Shown piece after piece: positions 10,095-19,919 of a stretch of DNA of 64,000 bases. How positions within the stretch are numbered: position 1 is the first letter of the stretch; every line of letters begins with the position of its first letter. Under the pieces are notes generated by a model, which was not told the origin of the DNA, ran no database searches, and saw only the letters and a list, made by a program, of their open reading frames with translations. Source of the stretch: Spirochaetia bacterium (GTDB lineage: Bacteria > Spirochaetota > Spirochaetia > UBA9216); assembly GCA_963677925.2 (NCBI GenBank), contig CAXXYH010000004.1, positions 128,001-192,000 of the forward strand, given 5' to 3'. A program made the translations under genes and the position numbers.

Positions 10095-12497
10095 CTATTT
10101 GTCAAGCATATCACTGTTATAGAGATACCTCATCCAGTCGGCTGAAAGCTTGATTGCCGTGCTGCATTCTGTACAGAAGAATCGGCCTTCAACAAGGTTT
10201 TCCTTTGCACAGCCTATACAATAAATCCTGCCGCAGACCGGACACTGGCCGGCAGGCATATGATCAGGAGGTTCGCCTACCAGTTTAAGCGCCCCCGGGG
10301 TCTCAATCTTTTTAGGAACAATCCATTCCCGTTCGCAGACTGAACAGTTATGAACTGACATTATATACCTGAATACTGTTTTTTTCAGCTTTATTCCGCG
10401 CTCTCCAAGCTCCGAATCGGATATCCCGGAGAGCAAAAGATCAGCCTCATGATACCGGTCTTTTGCAATATAAAAAGAGGCAAGGTTGCAGATTATACCG
10501 GAGCTGTCAGGCTGAAGCTTAAGAGCCGCCTTGTAGGACTCTTCAGCTCTGGCAGATTCTCCCTTTAATGAAGTGAGATTACCCATAAGATTGTAGGCAT
10601 CCGCTGACGGGCTTGTATTAAGCACTCTTACCAGCAGCTCCTCGGATCTGCTGAACATGTCGGCCTCAAAACAGACTGATGCCAGGTTAAGCATAACATC
10701 AGTATTATCAGGCTGGATGCGCAGAGCTCTTTCATACGCTCCGGCTGATGCCTGATAGTCTCCGGATTTTACATAAAGATGACCTCTCTGATTCAGGAAA
10801 AGAAAGTTATCTTCGCTTATTACTTCAAAAGCCTTTTCAGAATCTCCGGTATTATAGAGGGCTTCGGAATAATTGACCATTATTTCATCTTCATCGGGAA
10901 GCAGCTCAGAAGCAGCGGAAAAACATCTCAGGGCTTCATTAAAATCCTGATTCTGCATCGCGGCCAGACCGGACATATTGAGAACCCATGGATCTGCAGG
11001 CGCAAGTCCGAGCGCTCTTTCAAGGGCCTTGGTATATTTTCCTTCCGGGAAGAGCCATTCAGCCTTCCTAAGATGGTACAGATAATACTCAGGTTCAATC
11101 TTTAAAGCCTTATTCACAAGTTTCAGCGCCTTTGTCTTATCTCCGTTTCGATACTTAACAAGAGCATTCAGGTAGAAAACTGCACTGTCGGTACTTTTCT
11201 TCTTTATTACCTCATCCAGAACCTTTTCCGCCTCATCAAAAAGCTCCTGGGCAAAAAGGATTTTTCCCCGAAGTTCTTCAGTTGCAATACTGCTGCTGTC
11301 TATACTTTCCATCAGGGGCAGCATTTCAAAAAGACTTTCATAGTCACCATCTCTGTAAAAAATAGATGAGGCCTTACTATATGCAGCCAGAGCAGGCTCC
11401 ATTCTGCCTGATTTTTCCAGCGCCCTGCCCTCATTCACAGAATACAGTGCAAACGAATCATCCAGAGAAAAAGCCCGCCCGTAGGCATCGGCTGCAGCCT
11501 CCGAATTTCCCAGTGCATACTCGGCATTACCAAGCAGGTTCCAGGCTGCAGGGTTGTTCTCCAGTCTGCTGATGCTGTCTTTTATAAGGTCTCTGGTTTT
11601 AAGAAGATTATTTGAAATGTAGTACATCCCGGCCATACTCATGAGAGCACCGGATTCCCTTGACTCCTCGGGAATCATCAGGAAGTACCGCTCTGCTTCT
11701 TCATAAAGTCCGAGGTTTACTAAACAGTCGGCTGTCATCAGAACGGCGCCGCTGTCTCCCGGCTGTAATGCCAGGGCTTTTTTAAGCTCTACTGCAGCAT
11801 GGGTATAACGTCCGAGAGTCATCAGACTTTCAGCTTCCCTGATATACGCTTCGGCGCTCATCTGCTTAGCTGCCAGTCTGGCCGCATGCTTCCCAAGCTC
11901 CTTATGACGTGATTCTATCTGAAACTTCCTGAGATTCCATGTAAACGAGTCTTTTTCATCATAATTCTGAGCAATGAAAGCTACACTGCCCGCACTAAGT
12001 CTGTCGTCGGCAGCCTCGCAGACAAGACTATTATCAAGATAGAACCGGAACGATTCGCCCTCGGCCAGAATCTGAAGGCTGAAGCTGTCTGAGGAAAAAT
12101 CCTCCAGAGCTGTCCACCCGATAATCGGAGAGGGAATACCATTGAAAACTATATCAAAACGGAAGAATCCGCGGTTTGAAACAAGAAAATAATAATAGGA
12201 GGTATCATCGGTTTTACGGAACATGAAGCCGGATGACGAATACCCCTCATCAGAACCTGCTCCTATATTTGCAGTGATCAGAAAATCATCATAACGGTAC
12301 AGCTCATCATCAGCCCAGACAAAAACATTCTTCTTTTTAAGCTGCAGTGAAAACTTCCCGCCTGATACTGATGAAGAATAATCATCAGTATCTTCCTCTT
12401 CAAACCGGTTTTTATGAAACAGGCCGAATGATGTTGTCCATTTTTCCTGAATGATTTCCAGCACATCAGGTCTTTCTTTTTTCCGGAAAATTTTCAT
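10095..12497 (-). CDS. TPR-repeat protein with N-terminal jelly-roll-like domain and C-terminal Cys8 zinc finger
   Basis: Many TPRs (AWNLLGNAEYALG, AYERALRIQPDN). C-terminal CSVC..CPVC..CIGC..CTEC. Confidence 0.85.
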   Translation of the reverse strand: MKIFRKKERPDVLEIIQEKWTTSFGLFHKNRFEEEDTDDYSSSVSGGKFSLQLKKKNVFVWADDELYRYDDFLITANIGAGSDEGYSSSGFMFRKTDDTSYYYFLVSNRGFFRFDIVFNGIPSPIIGWTALEDFSSDSFSLQILAEGESFRFYLDNSLVCEAADDRLSAGSVAFIAQNYDEKDSFTWNLRKFQIESRHKELGKHAARLAAKQMSAEAYIREAESLMTLGRYTHAAVELKKALALQPGDSGAVLMTADCLVNLGLYEEAERYFLMIPEESRESGALMSMAGMYYISNNLLKTRDLIKDSISRLENNPAAWNLLGNAEYALGNSEAAADAYGRAFSLDDSFALYSVNEGRALEKSGRMEPALAAYSKASSIFYRDGDYESLFEMLPLMESIDSSSIATEELRGKILFAQELFDEAEKVLDEVIKKKSTDSAVFYLNALVKYRNGDKTKALKLVNKALKIEPEYYLYHLRKAEWLFPEGKYTKALERALGLAPADPWVLNMSGLAAMQNQDFNEALRCFSAASELLPDEDEIMVNYSEALYNTGDSEKAFEVISEDNFLFLNQRGHLYVKSGDYQASAGAYERALRIQPDNTDVMLNLASVCFEADMFSRSEELLVRVLNTSPSADAYNLMGNLTSLKGESARAEESYKAALKLQPDSSGIICNLASFYIAKDRYHEADLLLSGISDSELGERGIKLKKTVFRYIMSVHNCSVCEREWIVPKKIETPGALKLVGEPPDHMPAGQCPVCGRIYCIGCAKENLVEGRFFCTECSTAIKLSADWMRYLYNSDMLDK

Positions 12498-12587
12498 TTC
12501 CTGTCAGTATAAGCTCCATTAAAAAAAACGTCCACTACCCCCGGCAGTCTTGTAAATCCGGACTCAAAATCCTATATTTAACTGATT

Positions 12588-13283
12588 ATGGAAAACATTA
12601 AAATTATATCTCTCGGCGGTTCCATCATTGCACCCGATAAGGTGGATACCGATTTTCTGAAAGCATTCCGCAGCGAAATACTCAAGTATCTTGAAGCTGA
12701 TAATACCCGAAAACTTATTCTCGTTACCGGCGGCGGAGGCCCTGCTCGCTCATACCAGTCTGCCTGCCGCGAAATCAACACCGAAGCAGATTCCAGCGCA
12801 CAGGACTGGGTCGGAATTGCAGCAACAAGACTGAACGGTCAGCTTATGAAGGCTGTGTTTGACGGACTCTGCCTCGACGAAGTTGTTACTGATCCTACAT
12901 CCGTTAAAGAAATAAAGGGCCGGATAATGATCGCGGCCGGATGGAAACCAGGATGGTCAACAGACTATGATGCCGTAGTTCTTGCTCAGAATCTCGGCGC
13001 CGATACGGTTATTAACCTTTCAAACATATCAAAAGTTTATTCCGATGACCCGAAGCTGAATCCAGAAGCAACAGCCTTTGACAAGATGAGCTGGGATCAG
13101 CTTAAAAAGCTCGTTGGCGACAGCTGGGTTCCAGGCAAAAATGTGCCGTTTGATCCTATAGCAACCAAACTGGGCGCGGAAATAGGACTGAAGGTTGTAA
13201 CCGCCGCAGGGAAGGACATTCCCAACCTTGTAGCAGTGCTTGAGGGCCGGGATTTTGAAGGGACAATGATAGGTCCGGAATAA
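12588..13283 (+). CDS. pyrH: UMP kinase (archaeal-type subfamily)
   Basis: ISLGGSII, TGGGGPAR, DWVGIAATRLN, PGWSTDYDA, PFDPIA. Confidence 0.92.
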   Translation: MENIKIISLGGSIIAPDKVDTDFLKAFRSEILKYLEADNTRKLILVTGGGGPARSYQSACREINTEADSSAQDWVGIAATRLNGQLMKAVFDGLCLDEVVTDPTSVKEIKGRIMIAAGWKPGWSTDYDAVVLAQNLGADTVINLSNISKVYSDDPKLNPEATAFDKMSWDQLKKLVGDSWVPGKNVPFDPIATKLGAEIGLKVVTAAGKDIPNLVAVLEGRDFEGTMIGPE

Positions 13284-13288
13284 ATCCT

Positions 13289-14068
13289 TTGAACCTTATT
13301 TTATTCGAAGAATACGAAATTACAGCAGGTACTGACGGAGCTGTCCATACAGCCGAAATCAGTTCTGCTGATGAACGTTACAGGCATATCCGCCAGGTGC
13401 TTAAGCCCGGCCCCGGTGAAGAATTTGATGCAGGCATAGTAAACGGACCGCGGTGCAAAGCCTCTGTTGTTTCTGATGACGGCTCTTCAGCGACAATACA
13501 GCTGAGAATCACCGGCGAGCCGGAGGACCTTTTCCCCCTGATTCTGCTTCTTGGTCTTTCCAGGCCGCAGACAGTCAAAAAAATAATCAGAGAAGCCACA
13601 GCTCTCGGTGCAGCCGGTATTTTCACCTTTACAACTGATAAGGGTGAATCAGGCTATGCAAAAAGTTCCGCCCTCTCAGAAGACAGCGTGCACCGGCTCC
13701 TGCTTGAAGGCGCGCAGCAGGCATTCTGCACAAGGCTGCCCGAATTCAAAATCTTCAACAGCCTTGATGAAGCGGTATCGGCTGCGGCAGCGGCTGCCGG
13801 AAAGTTTTCAGAAGGAGCCCCCCTGAAGATCGCGCTGGATAACTACGAGGCCGCCTGCGGTATGAAAGATTTCTGGACAGAAAATGAGGACAGAGGCGAT
13901 GCAGTACTGCTTGCAGTAGGTTCGGAGCGCGGATGGTCGGGAAGCGAAAGAGATAAGCTTAGAACAGAGGAATTCACCCTGGTCTCACTGGGAAAAAGGG
14001 TTCTCAGAACCGAAACAGCTGCAGTAGCGGGGACAGCTCTCTGCCTCAACGGCCTGGGATATTACTGA
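13289..14068 (+). CDS. rsmE: 16S rRNA m3U1498 methyltransferase RsmE family
   Basis: HIRQVLK, EATALG, VGSERGWS, LGKRVLRTETA. Confidence 0.93.
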   Translation: MNLILFEEYEITAGTDGAVHTAEISSADERYRHIRQVLKPGPGEEFDAGIVNGPRCKASVVSDDGSSATIQLRITGEPEDLFPLILLLGLSRPQTVKKIIREATALGAAGIFTFTTDKGESGYAKSSALSEDSVHRLLLEGAQQAFCTRLPEFKIFNSLDEAVSAAAAAAGKFSEGAPLKIALDNYEAACGMKDFWTENEDRGDAVLLAVGSERGWSGSERDKLRTEEFTLVSLGKRVLRTETAAVAGTALCLNGLGYY

Positions 14069-14078
14069 TTAACAGCTG

Positions 14079-15068
14079 TCAGCTGTGGATAAACCCGCAG
14101 CTGTAATGCCAGACCGGTCTTGAATACTCTGCCGGAAACGGGTTTTGTCTGCTGAAATCAGGAATCCAGCTGCTGTCTGCAGCCTCCGGCCCCTGAAGAA
14201 AGCCCTCGTCTATGCCGAAGTCTTCAAGCCATCCTGTCAACAGTTCATAATCATCATCAGATATACAATAACCGGGATCTGCAAGCTCAATAGTGTTTCC
14301 AGGAACCGGAGTATACTGCACCATAAGCGACAGAAGGGAGGTATCCATTATATTCTGTGAATACCACTTAAGAACTTCCCTTGATTTATCAACATGTCCG
14401 GGAATCACAAGGTGGCGCATTATCAGCCCCCGCTTCATCAGGTTGTCTTTAATCAGCGGGCCACCTCCGGTACGGACTTCATCAGCCATCCAGGCAATAG
14501 CCTTTGAAGCAATTTCAGGATAGAGTGAGTCCTTAAACAGATTTTTTGAAAGCTCCGAATCAAGTGTTTTAAGATCAGGAAGCCAGACATCAACCAGTCC
14601 ACGCAGCAGTTCAAGAGCTTCGGGCTCTTCATAGCCGGAAGAGTTCCATAAAACCGGAATTTCAAATCCTGCAGAACGTGCATTTAGGATAGCCGCAGAA
14701 ACAGCAGGAATAAACTGGGATGCTGTAACAAGGTTGATGTTTACCGCTCCTCTTCTTTCGAGCTCAAGAAATATTTCTGCAAGCGTATCAACTGACACTA
14801 TGCTGCCGAGAACCTCAGACTTACTGCTCAGGCTGATCTGAACGTTCTGACAGAAGGGACAGCCCAGCCCGCAGCCGGAGAAAAACACCGTGCCTGACCC
14901 GTTAGAGCCGATAAGCGGCGGCTCTTCCCCCATGTGCAGCACCGCGGAAGCAACAACAGCCTCGGCACCCATCCTGCATATTCCAGATGCGGAATTTTGC
15001 CGGTCTGCCCCGCAGAGTCTGGGGCATAAAGTGCAGTTTTGATAGCCTGTATTTAAACTGTTCATCAT
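14079..15068 (-). CDS. radical SAM protein, PflX family
   Basis: CTLCPRLC, HMGEEPPL, GSGTVFFSGCGLGCPFCQN, RHLVIPG. Confidence 0.9.
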   Translation of the reverse strand: MMNSLNTGYQNCTLCPRLCGADRQNSASGICRMGAEAVVASAVLHMGEEPPLIGSNGSGTVFFSGCGLGCPFCQNVQISLSSKSEVLGSIVSVDTLAEIFLELERRGAVNINLVTASQFIPAVSAAILNARSAGFEIPVLWNSSGYEEPEALELLRGLVDVWLPDLKTLDSELSKNLFKDSLYPEIASKAIAWMADEVRTGGGPLIKDNLMKRGLIMRHLVIPGHVDKSREVLKWYSQNIMDTSLLSLMVQYTPVPGNTIELADPGYCISDDDYELLTGWLEDFGIDEGFLQGPEAADSSWIPDFSRQNPFPAEYSRPVWHYSCGFIHS

Positions 15069-15157
15069 TCAGGTTATATCCTGATTCACTGAATTATTGA
15101 AGTCCCCTGAGCCGGTTGAACAAGTCGTGAATTTAGTGTAATTTTTTTCATCATAGC

Positions 15158-15241
15158 GCCGGCGTGGTGAAATTGGTAGACACAGCAGACTCAAAATCTG
15201 CCGGGGGCAACTCTGTATCGGTTCAAGTCCGATCGCCGGTA
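15158..15241 (+). tRNA. tRNA-Leu(CAA)
   Basis: Acceptor GCCGGCG/CGCCGGT, D-loop AATTGGTAGA, anticodon arm GCAGA-CTCAAAA-TCTGC, long variable arm, T-arm ATCGG-TTCAAGT-CCGAT. CCA is not encoded. Confidence 0.97.
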
Positions 15242-15380
15242 TTATGCCTATGAAATAGGCCAACATTTCAAGTCGGTCTTTTCACAGAAAAGTCCGATCG
15301 CCGGTATTCTGTCTGAGTAACAGACCATCAGGTCAAGTCGGGGAATGTTGAATACAACATTTTCCGATCTCCGGTATTAT
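15225..15380 (+). repeat. tandem reiteration of the tRNA-Leu 3' end (3 copies) with intervening hairpins
   Basis: AAGTCCGATCGCCGGTATT is exact at 15225-15243 and 15290-15308. TCCGATCTCCGGTATTAT at 15363-15380 matches 17/18. TCAAGTCGG occurs at 15268 and 15333. Confidence 0.9.
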
Positions 15381-15684
15381 TTTTATCCTGAAATCTTCCG
15401 TTTATATTTTAATCACAAAATTTTTAGTTATCAGCTCATCATCCAGGCAGTTCTTGTTTTGAATTTAATGCAAAGTTTAAATATACTTAATTATGATAAT
15501 TATAATTTAAAGATATTATATTTTTATTATTTTTTTTGTGTATTTTTCGTGATTTTTTTTCATAGCTGCGGTATATATTATATCATTAAAGAATGTAGAT
15601 AAAAAAAGTGACATTACAAAATATTAACGGGAATCAGGCCTTCGGCCTGTTCTCCGGAACCTGCCTATTCATTATAATAAATAC

Positions 15685-16416
15685 ATGTTTGAAACCGATT
15701 TACACTCACACAGTCTTTTCAGCAGCTGCGGTCTTCATTCAATAATTGAACTTCTGACTGCCGCAAAAACCAGGGGCCTTAAGGGGCTTGCTATTACCGA
15801 TCACGGCCCGTTCCTCGGTCGGAAAACTACAAGCGTCTTCTTTGAAAGACTTAAACAGCCCATTGATGGTATATGCCTGTTTAAAGGAATGGAATGCAAC
15901 TTTACAGATGAAGATGGAAGTATTGATATAATTGATAAATTTTCAGACTGGTACGATATTGTTCTGGCCGGATTTCACAAATTCCCGGTAAGAGATGCAG
16001 ATCCCGGTTATTATACTGATATCATTATAAAAGCTCTTAAACGCAACCCCAGTATAGACATTCTGGTTCATCCGAATGCGCCGCACTATGTCTCAGACTT
16101 CACGCGCATTGCAGCGGCAGCATCGGAAAACGGTATTGCTGTTGAACTCAATAACTCAAAGCTGGTACTTGGAAGATCTTCAAAGGAACAGACGCTGGAA
16201 CTTATAAATGCATGCAAAAAGGCAGAATGCATGGTAGCTGTAAACTCAGATACCCATGCAATTCATGAAATCGGAGATACAGCAGGAATCGTTGAACTTC
16301 TTATAGAAACCGATTTCCCGACAGAACTTATAGTAAACCGGAGCTTTGATTCGACAGTAAGCTGGCTGAAGTCCAGAGGAAAGGCTCTACAGAATATCAG
16401 TTCTCCAGTATTGTAA
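15685..16416 (+). CDS. PHP-domain phosphatase (YcdX-like)
   Basis: DLHSHS, ITDHGP, GMECN, AGFH, VHP, ELNN, NSDTH. Confidence 0.9.
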   Translation: MFETDLHSHSLFSSCGLHSIIELLTAAKTRGLKGLAITDHGPFLGRKTTSVFFERLKQPIDGICLFKGMECNFTDEDGSIDIIDKFSDWYDIVLAGFHKFPVRDADPGYYTDIIIKALKRNPSIDILVHPNAPHYVSDFTRIAAAASENGIAVELNNSKLVLGRSSKEQTLELINACKKAECMVAVNSDTHAIHEIGDTAGIVELLIETDFPTELIVNRSFDSTVSWLKSRGKALQNISSPVL

Positions 16417-17599
16417 TTTCAACACGCCGGTTTTTCTGCATTCCGGCCTCTGTTGAATTATCCGCAACCGGCCGCTCCGCTCCGTATCCGCGCATAATCA
16501 CCTGCTCTTCTTTTTTACAGCCTATAGAAAGAAGATAATCTGCTACAGCACGGGCCCGATCCTCAGACAGTTTCTGCCGGCCGGATGCGGTACCAGCCAT
16601 TGCAGTATGCCCTTCAACCAGGATATCCCGATCAGGATATTCGCATAGTATTTCAGCAATCTGATCGAGCTTAATTTTTTCTTTATCAAGAAGACGGGAG
16701 GAATTCGGACTGAACTGAATATTACTGAGGGTAATTTTAACTCCCTCATCACTTACCTCAACATCAGTATCAGCGAGCCCCTTATCATCAATTGTTTTCT
16801 GAATCCCCTCGGCCACTGCTTTTTTATCCATCTTCGGACTGTCTATAATATAGGCCTCTGATATTCCTGTGTATTCAACCGATTCGCCGTTTGAAAGGTC
16901 AAAAACAAACTCAAAACTCTCCTTGTAAGCCTGAGGCCGTCCCAGATCGGCATCCCAGTAAACAATCTGATCCGAACTTCCGCTTATTCTTGCCGGATAC
17001 AGCCCGTTTGCCCCAGGCGGTACTGAAGGCCTGAAGAAAATATTATATTTTACAGAAAACCTGTCGTACTCGATCCCGTCATACAGGCCTTTTCCAAGAT
17101 AAGTATAATTCACATAGATCGGAATGTGAAAGGCCTCCGGGATTCCGAAATTTTTTCGAAAATCATGAACCTCTTCACCCTTCCATGTCCAGATATCTCC
17201 CGGCTGCAGATCACGATCCGGAAAGACCGGGACATCACGGACTACAGGCATATAGTATTCAGGTGCAATTGAGTATATGCCGAACTCATCCCTCACAAAT
17301 TCTGATTCATAATCAGTTGCCCATTGATAAACACCGGTTGATCCGGATGAACGCTCAGAGGTTTGAAAAACAGAGCTTATATGCCCGCCCTGTTCATCGG
17401 CATCTGTTACATGTACAGTTATTTTATTCAGTATATCAGCCCTGTGTGAATATTCACCGTTTACATATACATGCTCATCAACTTTTGAGAGTATACGGTA
17501 TCGGTCATCAACTGAATAACTGAACTTGAAAGTTTCAGAATATAGCGTTAAGATGGAAATGAGGATAAATATTGCAGTTAGTATTGTTCTCTTTATCAT
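16397..17599 (-). CDS. OmpA/MotB C-terminal domain exported protein
   Basis: Signal peptide. C-terminal IQFSPNS, EGHTA, LSEDRARAVADYL, KNRRVEITI. Confidence 0.9.
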   Translation of the reverse strand: MIKRTILTAIFILISILTLYSETFKFSYSVDDRYRILSKVDEHVYVNGEYSHRADILNKITVHVTDADEQGGHISSVFQTSERSSGSTGVYQWATDYESEFVRDEFGIYSIAPEYYMPVVRDVPVFPDRDLQPGDIWTWKGEEVHDFRKNFGIPEAFHIPIYVNYTYLGKGLYDGIEYDRFSVKYNIFFRPSVPPGANGLYPARISGSSDQIVYWDADLGRPQAYKESFEFVFDLSNGESVEYTGISEAYIIDSPKMDKKAVAEGIQKTIDDKGLADTDVEVSDEGVKITLSNIQFSPNSSRLLDKEKIKLDQIAEILCEYPDRDILVEGHTAMAGTASGRQKLSEDRARAVADYLLSIGCKKEEQVIMRGYGAERPVADNSTEAGMQKNRRVEITILEN

Positions 17600-17647
17600 A
17601 TTTTATATTCCCGTTTATAAGGTAAAAATATTATTATTGTTGCTGAC

Positions 17648-18769
17648 ATGTATCAAAAACTGAGTTCCGTAAAAACCGAAGACAGGATACAGATCCTTCT
17701 AAAAAAAGCAGGTTTCAAACAACCTACAAACCTCCAGAATAAGGTTTTTTCTGCATTTACCCAGCAGCGCGATCTTATAACAGGGACCTACGGGGCAAGA
17801 GGCAAAAGAGCCTCATTCATTTTTCCTGTACTGGCATCAACTGAATCCAGTACAGACGGCATTCAGGCCGTAATAATAGTTCCGACAGAGCCGGAAGTCC
17901 GGCGAATCAGAAAGGAGTTCAGACATTGCCGCTCAGCAGAAACCTCAGGTATAAAGATCTGTGAACTTCTGTCGGACGACAAGATCAGAGAGGAACTTAA
18001 ATCCATCTCTGACTCTCCCGATATAATTATCGGAACAGCTTCCAGGATTATTGACCACATCCGCAGAGAAAACATCTCGCTGAACGGGATAAAAACGGCT
18101 GTAGTTGATACTCCTGCAAACCTGACAGATCTTGGCTTTGATCAGGATCTGGATTTTATTTTTTCAAAACTGCCTGAGAGAAGGCAGAGTATTATCTACA
18201 CTGAGAGGCTGGATAATATTGATTTACTTGAGCCTCTGACTAGAAAACCCATTATTATCTCCATGGAGAACGAAAAAAAGCAGGAGACACGTTCAATGAA
18301 AAACACACAGACTATTAATGAAGAGGAAATTGAAAAAAAAATAAAGGATTTTATTAAAACTATAAGAGAAGATGAAGATCCGGATCTTCTTAACACATAC
18401 AAAAAGCTTTTTAAAAAACATGCACCGTTTTCGATGAGAGGCTACCTGAGCGCCTTCCTGCTGAAACAGGCTGTCGGTAAAAGCGCATACTCAAGACCCC
18501 GGACTTTAAACACCGAATCCGACTCTGACAAGCAGACACTTTTCATAAGCATCGGAAGAAACAGGAGAGTATACCCCAGAGATCTAAGCAGGCTGTTTCT
18601 TTCCAGCCTCAGCATCGATCAATCTGATATCGGAAACATAAAGGTTCTTGACAGTTATTCCTTCGTTGAGATAACAACAGCATTGGCAGATAATGCAATT
18701 GAAATACTTAATGGAAAGGACTTCAAGGGCAGAAAGCTTACAGTGAACTACGCCCGAAAGAAATCATAA
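17648..18769 (+). CDS. degenerate DEAD-box-like domain fused to DbpA RNA-binding domain
   Basis: Q motif GFKQPTNLQ, IIVPT, GTASRIIDH. DEAD is replaced by VDTP and there is no HELICc domain. C-terminal LFISIGR..IGNIKVLDSYSFVEI..LNGKDFKGRKLTV. Confidence 0.8.
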   Translation: MYQKLSSVKTEDRIQILLKKAGFKQPTNLQNKVFSAFTQQRDLITGTYGARGKRASFIFPVLASTESSTDGIQAVIIVPTEPEVRRIRKEFRHCRSAETSGIKICELLSDDKIREELKSISDSPDIIIGTASRIIDHIRRENISLNGIKTAVVDTPANLTDLGFDQDLDFIFSKLPERRQSIIYTERLDNIDLLEPLTRKPIIISMENEKKQETRSMKNTQTINEEEIEKKIKDFIKTIREDEDPDLLNTYKKLFKKHAPFSMRGYLSAFLLKQAVGKSAYSRPRTLNTESDSDKQTLFISIGRNRRVYPRDLSRLFLSSLSIDQSDIGNIKVLDSYSFVEITTALADNAIEILNGKDFKGRKLTVNYARKKS

Positions 18770-19906
18770 TATTATTTTAACCAGCGCTATATAGGCAAGG
18801 ATGGAATTCAAAAGCAGTCCCAGGGTGAAAAAGACCATTGCCGAGATTTCCATCAGCCTTGCCCTGCTTCGGCATATCTGAGATAGAATATTCGGGTTCC
18901 CAGGTATTATAAGCCTTTCAAAAAACACATCATTATCACTGCTTAAAAAAACATAGGAATGATATTTATCCAGCGATTTCCTTTTCAGGATTCCGCTGCT
19001 CCGGATCACAGCATCCGGATAATCAGCCTTTGCTGCCGAGCAGTTTGGGTACTCAAGAAAAAAGCAGTCCTTCCTGAGAGCTTCAAACATTTCATTAAAA
19101 TAGCGCATTGGAAGCTTAATCAAATCCCGTTCTCCCCGGAGTATACGTCCGGTACGCCACAGCCATTTATAGATTAAAAAGAACAGTATACCCGGAGGCA
19201 TAAGGGCAAGCAGGGGAATTATACTCATTACAAGTATGAACAGAGCCTCCGGTCTGAGTGCAGGATTGCGGAAAACCAGATAGGCATTTATAAAGAGGGA
19301 TAGTGAACCTGCAATAAGCGAGACCGGAGTAAATGAGTTCCAGTATTCATTAATCTGCCTTCCGCTCCATATTGACCGCCTGAGAAGGGTTTCCTCGGCA
19401 CCGTCATATATAAGTGCAAGCAGGGGCTCTTCTTCAGTGTTTCGGAAAACAGGGATGCCGTTTTCAATGAATATCTTACCTGAAAATAGAAAGGAAGTTC
19501 CCTGCGGCAGGGAATAAACATGCTCCCAGCTCATCTTTCTGGGCATCTCATCGCGGTCCGCGATCTGGTTTTTCTCTATAGATTTTGAATCATTTCCAGC
19601 CTGACTATTGGGAAGGATATATATGCTGACTTTCTGAAGCTCAGCCCTGACAGAAAGTTTTCCGTTGCTGACCCAGACTGTACTCTCATTCTGAATAGCC
19701 TGGAGATTTCCAATGAACCAGAACAGCCCCGCATCACCCTCGCTGTGCCGATCGGGCTTTGAATATTCAAGTTCGGTTCTGACCGAAGCCTTAAGAATCT
19801 GCTCACGGAATTTTCTCCAGCCGCTTCTTACGTTAAATGCTCCAAAGAGGGGAATCACGGCATAGAAAACAAGGGCTATAATGACAGAGGAAGCAATTTC
19901 TTCCAT
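18764..19906 (-). CDS. membrane protein, unknown function
   Basis: 380 aa ORF with about 4 TM segments. Confidence 0.75.
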   Translation of the reverse strand: MEEIASSVIIALVFYAVIPLFGAFNVRSGWRKFREQILKASVRTELEYSKPDRHSEGDAGLFWFIGNLQAIQNESTVWVSNGKLSVRAELQKVSIYILPNSQAGNDSKSIEKNQIADRDEMPRKMSWEHVYSLPQGTSFLFSGKIFIENGIPVFRNTEEEPLLALIYDGAEETLLRRSIWSGRQINEYWNSFTPVSLIAGSLSLFINAYLVFRNPALRPEALFILVMSIIPLLALMPPGILFFLIYKWLWRTGRILRGERDLIKLPMRYFNEMFEALRKDCFFLEYPNCSAAKADYPDAVIRSSGILKRKSLDKYHSYVFLSSDNDVFFERLIIPGNPNILSQICRSRARLMEISAMVFFTLGLLLNSILAYIALVKIIL

Positions 19907-19919
19907 ATTTACTCTGTCC

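Noticed and set aside
12588-13283. Archaeal-type pyrH as a recent horizontal transfer
   Set aside because: This subfamily is known from spirochaetes, and the gene sits in ordinary core context with typical composition.
15225-15380. Mini CRISPR array
   Set aside because: The repeats are the tRNA 3' end (only 18-19 bp), the spacers resemble each other, and there are no cas genes in the window.
15069-15602. ORFs 15069..15266 (-) and 15345..15602 (+)
   Set aside because: The first is antisense to tRNA-Leu. The second is low-complexity translation of an AT-rich gap.
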